Of a DNA stretch of 64,000 nt, positions 54,444 through 61,732 are shown piece by piece; within the stretch, counting starts at the first letter, position 1, and every line of letters starts with the position of its first letter. The DNA is taken from positions 9,211 through 73,210 of the forward strand of contig JACNJE010000101.1 in the NCBI GenBank assembly GCA_014382705.1. Reading direction: 5' to 3'. The notes under the pieces were generated by a model. It did no database searches, was not told the origin of the DNA, and was given only the letters and a program-made list of their open reading frames with translations. The position numbers and the translations under genes are program-made. The DNA comes from Verrucomicrobiota bacterium (GTDB lineage: Bacteria > Verrucomicrobiota > Verrucomicrobiia > Limisphaerales > UBA1096).

Positions 54444-57400
54444 ATGGAGTCCCCGCACCACAAACCCAACTTCACGACCGACCGGCCGGTCGCGGTGCTG
54501 ATGGTGTTTCTGGCTGCAGTGGTTTTCGGTTTCTTCTCATTCAAGCAACTGCCGATGACGCTCATGCCGGAGATGAGCTACCCGACCCTCACCGTCCGCA
54601 CCGAGTACCCGGGCGCGGCGCCGGAGGAGGTCGAGAACGACGTCAGCCGCCCGATCGAGGAGGCGCTCGGGGTCGTCAACGGGCTGAACGAGATCAGCAG
54701 CATCAGCCGGGCCGGCGTGAGCGACGTGGTGCTGGAGTTCGTCTGGGGCACGCCGATGGTCGACGCGATCCAGAACACCCTCGAGAAGCTCGACCTCGTC
54801 TACCTCCCGCGCGAGGCGGAGAAGCCGCTGCTCCTGCATTACGACCCGTCGCTCGACCCGGTGATGGAGCTGAGCCTGTCCGGCTCCGGTCTGCGTTACC
54901 GGGGGGACGAGGGCCAGCGGCGGCTGCGGCGCATCGCGGAGCTGCAGGTCAAGCGGGCCATCGAGCCGATCACCGGGGTGGCGGCGGCGCGGGTGCGCGG
55001 CGGGCTGGAGGAGGAGATCCACGTCCTGATCGACGAGGCCAAGCTGCAACGGGTCAACCTCTCCATCAACGATGTCATCCGGCGGCTCCGGGCGGAGAAC
55101 ATCAACGCCGCCGGCGGCCGGATCAGCGAGGGCGGCGCGGAATACATGATCCGCACCGTCAACGAATACCAGCGACTCGAGGAGATCGAGGACACGATCG
55201 TGTTCCGCCGCGAGGGCCGCGAGATCCGGGTGAAAGACCTTGGTCAAGTGGTGCACGGCCAGCGGGACCGCGAAATGCTCACCCACACCAACGGGGAAGT
55301 GAGCGTGCAGATCGACATCTACAAGGAGGCCGACGCCAACATGGTCGACGTGGCCGGACGAGTCCGGGCGCTGGTTGGCAAGCCCGTGTTCAAGGGCAAA
55401 CCGGAGACCCCGGGCGACGGGGCCGCCGGCCGCAGCGGATCGGGCCGGCGCTCTTCCCGCTCCGGCGGTATTCAACGGGAGGAGTTTCTCTCGATGTTCC
55501 GCGGCCCCACGCTGTCGGCCAAGCTCAACTCGGAGGAACAGGCCAAGCTGCGCGTGGTGGCCGACCGCTCCATCTTCATCAACAACAGCATCTCGGAGGT
55601 GAAACAAACGGCCTATTACGGCGGGATGCTGGCCATCATCGTCCTGCTGCTCTTTTTGCGCGACCTGCGCACGACCGCCATCATCGCCGTCAGCATCCCG
55701 ATCTCGATCCTCGTGACGTTCGCGCCGCTGAACATCCTCGACGTGTCGCTCAACATCATGTCGCTCGGCGGCCTCGCGATGGGCATCGGCATGCTGGTGG
55801 ACTCCTCCATCGTGGTGCTCGAGTCGATCTATCGCTGCCGCGAGGAGGGCGACTCGACCCGCAACGCCGCCATCCGCGGGACGACCGAGGTGCGGGGCGC
55901 GGTGATCGCCTCGACGCTCACGTCGATCTGCGTCTTTTTCCCGATGGTGTTTGTCGAGGGGTTGGCCGGGCAGGTGTTCAGCGACCTGGGCCTGACGGTG
56001 GTCACCTCGCTCATCGCCGCGCTGATCGTGGCGGTGCTGTTCATCCCGATGCTTGCCAGCCGCACCGGGTTCCAGTTGAAAGCCGGCGCCGGCATGGTCG
56101 GCCACGCGCTCGGCTCGATTCGGGGCCGGCTCAGCCTGCGCGCCTTTTGGCTGCTGTTTTTCCTGCCGCTTGGCCTGCTGCTGCTGGTGATGATCGGCGT
56201 GGATTTCCTCTACGCCGATTGGGCGTTGGAGAACAACGACAATCCGCGCGGCCCGACGGAGGTGGATTACTGGGCCGAGGCCGTTGCCGTCTTCACGATG
56301 TGGAGAGCCTTCTGCATCATCCCATTTTACATCGCCCTCATCCAGCGCGTCCACGATCGCGGCCGGTCGGCCTGGTGGCTGTTCGCCCTGTTCCCGATCT
56401 TCGAGGCGCTGTTCCTGCCGGGGCAGGCCGGGGACAACCGGTACGGCGCGGCGGGATCGGGGCAGTTGCGCTTGGCCAAGCTGTGGGGGGCGTTCCGGTC
56501 ATTTGACGAGAGCCGCCAACGCAACGCCAGACTGTTCCTCATCGCCTCGCCCTATTACGCCCTCCGCCTGGCCGTGGCGCTGCTGCTGGAGCTGATCGGG
56601 CTGACCGTGTACTGGGTCATCCGCGCGGTGGCGGCTGTCGCCTACGGCGTCTACTGGGTGATCCGGAAGATCGGGGCCGCGCTTGGCCAAGCGTTGTCCC
56701 GGCTTGGCCGCGACCACGCCGCCGGGGAGGCGGTGGACACCGCCAACGGGCTTTACCCGAGACTCATCCGCTGGGCCTTGGCCAGCCCCGCCGCGATGCT
56801 CGCGCTGATCATCGGTTGCTTCGGCCTGACGTGGTGGGTCGGCAAGCAACTCGAGACGGAACTGCTGCCAGAGGTGCACCAGAGCGAGTTCACCTTCGAG
56901 GCCTCCCTGCCGGTCGGCACGCCGCTGGAGGAGACGGTAAAACTGCTCGGCGGGGTGGAGCAAAAAATCCTCGACTCCATGGAGGACGGGGAAAGCAAAA
57001 TCGACGCGCTGCTGGTGATGTACGGCTTCGACACCACGAACATGAAACGCTCCGACGAGGGCGAGCACTCGGCCAAGTTCAAGGTGCTGCTCAAGCCAAC
57101 AGACAATCCGAAGCGGACCGAGCAGGAGGTCATCGCCCGGCTGCGCGACCTGTTCGCCGAGGTGCCGGACGTCACCACCCGCGTCACGCGGCCGGTGCTG
57201 TTCAGCTCGAAGAAGCCGGTGGTCATCCAGATCAACGGCGACGATCTGCCGGAACTGAAGCAATACTCCGACGAGGCCACCGCGATGCTCTCGAAAAAAC
57301 CGGAGCTGGCCGACGTCGAGCCGACGCTGCGCAGCGGCGCGCCGGAGGTGCAGATCACCTACGACCGGCAACAGATCATCCGGCACGGGCTGAACCTGAA

Positions 57401-58301
57401 CTCGGTGGCCGAGCAGGTGCGCGACATGGTCAAGGGCTCCGAGGCGACGCGCTTCAACCGGCGCGACCGCCGCGTGCCGGTTGTCGTGCGCCTGGCCGAG
57501 AAGGATCGCGAACAGGTCGCCGACGTCGGCAAACTCACCATCAACCCCGGCGGCGACACGCCGATCCCGCTCAACTCGATCGCCAAGCTGACGGTCGGCG
57601 AGGGGCCAAGCGAGATCCGGCGCATCGACGGCAAGCGGGTCGCGCTGGTGCAGGCGAACATCGGCGCCGGGTCGCTGGGGACGGCGGTCGATGCGGCCAG
57701 GAGCACGCTGAAGGAGGGGATTGACCTGCCGATTTACATGCAGTTCTTCATCACCGGACAGAACCGGGAATGGGAACGCAGCCGAACGAGCCTCTACCTC
57801 GCGCTTGGCCTGAGCCTGTTCCTCGTCTACGTGATCATGGCGTCGCAGTTCGAGTCACTCGTGCAGCCGTTCATCATCATGTTCACCATCCCGATGGCGT
57901 TCGTCGGCACGGTGCTGGGGCTCAAGGGACTTGGCTTCAACCTCTCGGTGGTGGTGTTCCTCGGCATGATCATGCTGGCTGGCATCGTGGTGAACAACGC
58001 CATCGTGCTGGTGGACTACGCCAACCGGCTCCGCGGCCGAGGCCTGGCCCTGCGCGAGGCGATCATCCAGGCCGGTTGCGTGCGCCTGCGCCCGATTTTG
58101 ATGACCACCGCCACCACCGTGCTGGGCCTGCTGCCGATGGCGCTTGGCCTCGGGGACGGCGCGGAGATCCGCACGCCGATGGCCGTCGCCGTGATCTGCG
58201 GGCTGCTGACCTCCACCGTGCTGACGCTGCTGGTCATCCCGACGATCTATTATTTGTTCGGCCTCGCCGGCGAGCGCCTGTTCCAGTCGAGGGAGGAATA
58301 G
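54444..58301 (+). CDS. RND efflux permease (1285 aa) with a DUF805-like membrane insertion of about 200 aa in the TM6-TM7 loop
   Basis: AcrB-type N- and C-terminal halves. The insert contains VDYWAEAV...IQRVHDRGRSAWWLFALFPIF...PGQAGDNRYG. Confidence 0.9.
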   Translation: MESPHHKPNFTTDRPVAVLMVFLAAVVFGFFSFKQLPMTLMPEMSYPTLTVRTEYPGAAPEEVENDVSRPIEEALGVVNGLNEISSISRAGVSDVVLEFVWGTPMVDAIQNTLEKLDLVYLPREAEKPLLLHYDPSLDPVMELSLSGSGLRYRGDEGQRRLRRIAELQVKRAIEPITGVAAARVRGGLEEEIHVLIDEAKLQRVNLSINDVIRRLRAENINAAGGRISEGGAEYMIRTVNEYQRLEEIEDTIVFRREGREIRVKDLGQVVHGQRDREMLTHTNGEVSVQIDIYKEADANMVDVAGRVRALVGKPVFKGKPETPGDGAAGRSGSGRRSSRSGGIQREEFLSMFRGPTLSAKLNSEEQAKLRVVADRSIFINNSISEVKQTAYYGGMLAIIVLLLFLRDLRTTAIIAVSIPISILVTFAPLNILDVSLNIMSLGGLAMGIGMLVDSSIVVLESIYRCREEGDSTRNAAIRGTTEVRGAVIASTLTSICVFFPMVFVEGLAGQVFSDLGLTVVTSLIAALIVAVLFIPMLASRTGFQLKAGAGMVGHALGSIRGRLSLRAFWLLFFLPLGLLLLVMIGVDFLYADWALENNDNPRGPTEVDYWAEAVAVFTMWRAFCIIPFYIALIQRVHDRGRSAWWLFALFPIFEALFLPGQAGDNRYGAAGSGQLRLAKLWGAFRSFDESRQRNARLFLIASPYYALRLAVALLLELIGLTVYWVIRAVAAVAYGVYWVIRKIGAALGQALSRLGRDHAAGEAVDTANGLYPRLIRWALASPAAMLALIIGCFGLTWWVGKQLETELLPEVHQSEFTFEASLPVGTPLEETVKLLGGVEQKILDSMEDGESKIDALLVMYGFDTTNMKRSDEGEHSAKFKVLLKPTDNPKRTEQEVIARLRDLFAEVPDVTTRVTRPVLFSSKKPVVIQINGDDLPELKQYSDEATAMLSKKPELADVEPTLRSGAPEVQITYDRQQIIRHGLNLNSVAEQVRDMVKGSEATRFNRRDRRVPVVVRLAEKDREQVADVGKLTINPGGDTPIPLNSIAKLTVGEGPSEIRRIDGKRVALVQANIGAGSLGTAVDAARSTLKEGIDLPIYMQFFITGQNREWERSRTSLYLALGLSLFLVYVIMASQFESLVQPFIIMFTIPMAFVGTVLGLKGLGFNLSVVVFLGMIMLAGIVVNNAIVLVDYANRLRGRGLALREAIIQAGCVRLRPILMTTATTVLGLLPMALGLGDGAEIRTPMAVAVICGLLTSTVLTLLVIPTIYYLFGLAGERLFQSREE

Positions 58302-58447
58302 CCAAGCGGGGAGGCATCCCGGAGACGCCCTTATATTCGCACGTGATGTAACAAAATGGACGTTGCGAAAGTAGTGTTGAAGAGCCGTGGTTGTTCATGC
58401 GTTTTGCCATGCCCGCTTGGCCAAGCGCTTGGCCAGGGCCGATAGCG

Positions 58448-61400
58448 ATGCAAGCCAACAAATTAGCCACTGAGATCACGCGGCTGTCCCTGAGCCGCAA
58501 GGTCACGGTGTTCGTCATGTTCCTGACGATCCTGGCCGTTGGCATGATCGCAGTGAACCGGCTGCCGCTGGAAAAATATCCCAGGGGCTGGGAGGGGCAT
58601 TACATCCGCATCCGCACCGGCTGGAGCTCCGGCGTGCCACAGGAGGCGATGGAAAAAATAGGCCTCCCGATGGAGGAGGAACTCAGCACCGTCCGCGGCA
58701 TCCAGTCGATGAGGACGCGCAGCTCGCGATCCGCCGCCGAGGTCAGCCTGCATTTCAAGCGCGACACCGACATGGACGTCGCCTACCGGGAGGTACGCGA
58801 CCGGATGGAGCGCGCCTCCCTGCGTTTCCCCGAGGGGGTGGATGATTATCGGATTTACAAGTACGGCGGCACCAGCTCGACCGTCTGCCGCATGAGCATC
58901 CGCTACAACGACGACACCGACCTTTATGCCAATGTTGAGAAACACGTCATTTGGCCCCTGCAACGGATCGACGGGGTGGCGGATGTCAACGTGCGGATAC
59001 ACCGGAAGGAAATCCAGATCGAGGTGGACAAGGATCGCGCCGAGGCGTACGGCCTGAGCATCAGCCGGCTGTCGAGCCGGTTGCGCGGGGATAATTTCAC
59101 CCTGTCGAGCGGCACCGTGATCGATGGCGGGAAAAAGTACCTGCTCAAGTCCGCCAGCACCTTTCACTCGATGCAGGAACTGGCAGACATCCCGTTGACC
59201 GACACGGTCTACCTCCGGGATGTCGCCACCATCAAGTATGCGGAGAACGACATTTACCAGCACACCGGACGGTGGAACCGGATGCAGTCCGCCCGGGTGG
59301 ATGTCGCCAAGGAAAGCGAGGCCAACACCGTGGAGGTGGGCCGCAAGGTCGCCGCCGCCATCAAGGAAATCCAGAAGAACCCCGAGTTGGCCGACTACGA
59401 GATTTACCCGTACCAGAACTACGGGGACATCATCAAGACACAGCTCAACAGCCTGACGAACAACGGCCTTTACGGCGCGTTGATGGCCGGGGTGGTGCTC
59501 TATTTTTTCCTCCGCCAATTCCGCTTGACGATGATCATCGCGCTGGCGATTCCGCTCTGCCTGTTCATCTCCATGACGGTCATGTTCTTCGCGGGTGACA
59601 CGCTGAACATGACCTCGATCCTCGGGCTGGTGATCTGCGTCGGACTGCTGGTGGACAACTCCGTGGTGGTCGCGGAGAACATTCACCGGCATTACCAGTC
59701 CGGCCTGTCGCGCAGGGAGGCCTGCATGAGGGGGGTCGGGGAGATCGGGCTGGCAGTCACCACGGCCACGCTCACCACGGTCATCGTGTTTCTTCCGTCG
59801 GTGCTGGTTGGGGGCGAGATGCGGTTCATGCTGTATCAACTGGCGCTGCCGGTGGTGTCGGCGCTGCTGGCGTCGCTGGGCACGGCCATCATTTTTATTC
59901 CCCTCTCGGTTTACCTGACCGTGAACTCGATGCGCCCCGACGCGAACGTCCGGCGCAAACGCATGCGGGATCACGTCAGGAACGCTCTGGCGACGGCCTA
60001 CAACTGGACGTTTGAGCGGTTCAACAACGGGTACAACAAGGCCCTGAACTACTATCTCGGGCGGCGGCTGGACCTGGCGTTCATCCTGATCGTGCTGCTT
60101 TCCGCCACTTATTTTTACGGGCTCAAAAAAATCGAGGTCACCGGGCACCGCGACAACGACCGCGAAGAATTCCATATGCGAATGCGCTTTCCCGATCACT
60201 TCACCATCGACGAAAAGAACGCCTATTTCCAACAGCTGGAAAACATCGTGGAGACGAACAAGGTGCAGCTCGGCATTTCCAGCTACCGGGTGGAGTTCAG
60301 CAACTCCTCGCACGGGGAGTTTGAGGCCAATTACGCGCGGGAGAAAGCCAAGGAAGCCCTCCCAACAGAGGAGGTGCCGGACAAGCTGTTTTCGCTGTTG
60401 CCCGAGATCCCGGGGGTCAGGGTCTACTACTCCGGCATGGACACCGGCGGTGAAAAACGGAATGACGAACGATCCCGGCACCATATCCGGCTGGTCGGTG
60501 ACGATCTCCGGCAACTGGAGGAAGCCGGCGAGATGCTGAGGCCGGTGTTCGAGAATATTCCCGGGGTGCTGTCACTGGAGGACAAGGATTCGGACGATGC
60601 CCCGAACGAGATGGCGCTGGTGGTTGACCGGGACCGGGCCAGCTCCATTGGGATCAGCCCAGACTCCATCGGCGGCGTGGTCAGCAGCGCGCTGCGCGGC
60701 CGGTCGCTCTCGCGGTTCAACAGCAACGGCCGGCAGATCCCGGTTCTCATGCGATTCAGCGAGGAGGACCGGGCCGAGCTGGATGACATCAACAACTACC
60801 GCGTCCGGAGTGATGACGGGCGCTACGCCTCCATCGGCTCGCTCACCCGGCCGGCGATGTTGAAGAGCGAGTCCTCCATCAACCGATCCGACAAGAAGGT
60901 CAGCTACTACATCAGCATGAAGCTCAAGTCGGGGGAGGAACGCGAAGCCCGCAAGGCCATTCATGAGGCGCAAAAAAACATCGACCTGCCCGAGGGCGTC
61001 TCCTTCAGCGAGATCAAGATGACGTTCGACGACGGCGAAATCAGCAGGAGCCTGGTCGCCATGGCGCTCTCAATCGTCTTCATCTACATGCTCATCGCGT
61101 TCCTGTTCGAGAGCCTGCTGATGCCGCTCTCCATCGTGCTGACGATCCCGCTGGCGGCCATCGGGTCGATCTGGGTGCATTACCTGACCGGGACGGAGAT
61201 CGATGACATGGGCATCGTCGGCGGCATCCTGTTGATCGGGGTGGTGGTGAACAACGGCATCGTGCTCATCGACTACGTCAACCGGCTCCGCCTGGGCGGC
61301 ATGGAGCGCACCAAGGCCCTGCTGCTGGCGACGCGCCACCGATTCCGCCCGATCGTAATGACGGCGCTGACGACCATCTTCGGCATGATCCCGCTGACGT

Positions 61401-61597
61401 TTTCCGACGCGGAGATGGGGCGCAGCTTCGACAGCTTTGGGCTCATGATCATCGGCGGAATGGCCTCGGCCACGCTGTTCACCCTGCTGGCGGTGCCGGT
61501 GTTTTACACGCTTATCGACGACGCCCAGCAGGCCCTTCGCAACACCCTGGCCACCGTCCTCGGCCGAAGCACGCCCAAGCCAAGCGCCGCCCGGTAA
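58448..61597 (+). CDS. RND efflux permease (paralog 2)
   Basis: 1049 aa from ATG 58448; ITRLSLSRKVTVFVMFLTILAVG, GLLVDNSVVVAENI and VVVNNGIVLIDY. Confidence 0.9.
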   Translation: MQANKLATEITRLSLSRKVTVFVMFLTILAVGMIAVNRLPLEKYPRGWEGHYIRIRTGWSSGVPQEAMEKIGLPMEEELSTVRGIQSMRTRSSRSAAEVSLHFKRDTDMDVAYREVRDRMERASLRFPEGVDDYRIYKYGGTSSTVCRMSIRYNDDTDLYANVEKHVIWPLQRIDGVADVNVRIHRKEIQIEVDKDRAEAYGLSISRLSSRLRGDNFTLSSGTVIDGGKKYLLKSASTFHSMQELADIPLTDTVYLRDVATIKYAENDIYQHTGRWNRMQSARVDVAKESEANTVEVGRKVAAAIKEIQKNPELADYEIYPYQNYGDIIKTQLNSLTNNGLYGALMAGVVLYFFLRQFRLTMIIALAIPLCLFISMTVMFFAGDTLNMTSILGLVICVGLLVDNSVVVAENIHRHYQSGLSRREACMRGVGEIGLAVTTATLTTVIVFLPSVLVGGEMRFMLYQLALPVVSALLASLGTAIIFIPLSVYLTVNSMRPDANVRRKRMRDHVRNALATAYNWTFERFNNGYNKALNYYLGRRLDLAFILIVLLSATYFYGLKKIEVTGHRDNDREEFHMRMRFPDHFTIDEKNAYFQQLENIVETNKVQLGISSYRVEFSNSSHGEFEANYAREKAKEALPTEEVPDKLFSLLPEIPGVRVYYSGMDTGGEKRNDERSRHHIRLVGDDLRQLEEAGEMLRPVFENIPGVLSLEDKDSDDAPNEMALVVDRDRASSIGISPDSIGGVVSSALRGRSLSRFNSNGRQIPVLMRFSEEDRAELDDINNYRVRSDDGRYASIGSLTRPAMLKSESSINRSDKKVSYYISMKLKSGEEREARKAIHEAQKNIDLPEGVSFSEIKMTFDDGEISRSLVAMALSIVFIYMLIAFLFESLLMPLSIVLTIPLAAIGSIWVHYLTGTEIDDMGIVGGILLIGVVVNNGIVLIDYVNRLRLGGMERTKALLLATRHRFRPIVMTALTTIFGMIPLTFSDAEMGRSFDSFGLMIIGGMASATLFTLLAVPVFYTLIDDAQQALRNTLATVLGRSTPKPSAAR

Positions 61598-61699
61598 CCC
61601 CGGTAACCTTTCCCGCCCGGCGGGTGTAGATGCACGGGGAGTGTCCCGGCCCGGGAAACATTGACTCTTTCCCGGCTTGGTTTCACCTTCTTCGTTACT

Positions 61700-61723
61700 G
61701 CTTGGCCAAGCGCTTGGCCAAGC
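61700..61723. repeat. Perfect tandem dimer of the 12-mer palindrome (GCTTGGCCAAGC x2)
   Basis: GCTTGGCCAAGCGCTTGGCCAAGC ends 10 nt before the ATG of the third RND gene. Similar dimers, partly degenerate, lie at 2310..2330, 44561..44580 and 58415..58437. Confidence 0.95.
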
Positions 61724-61732
61724 GGCAGATCA

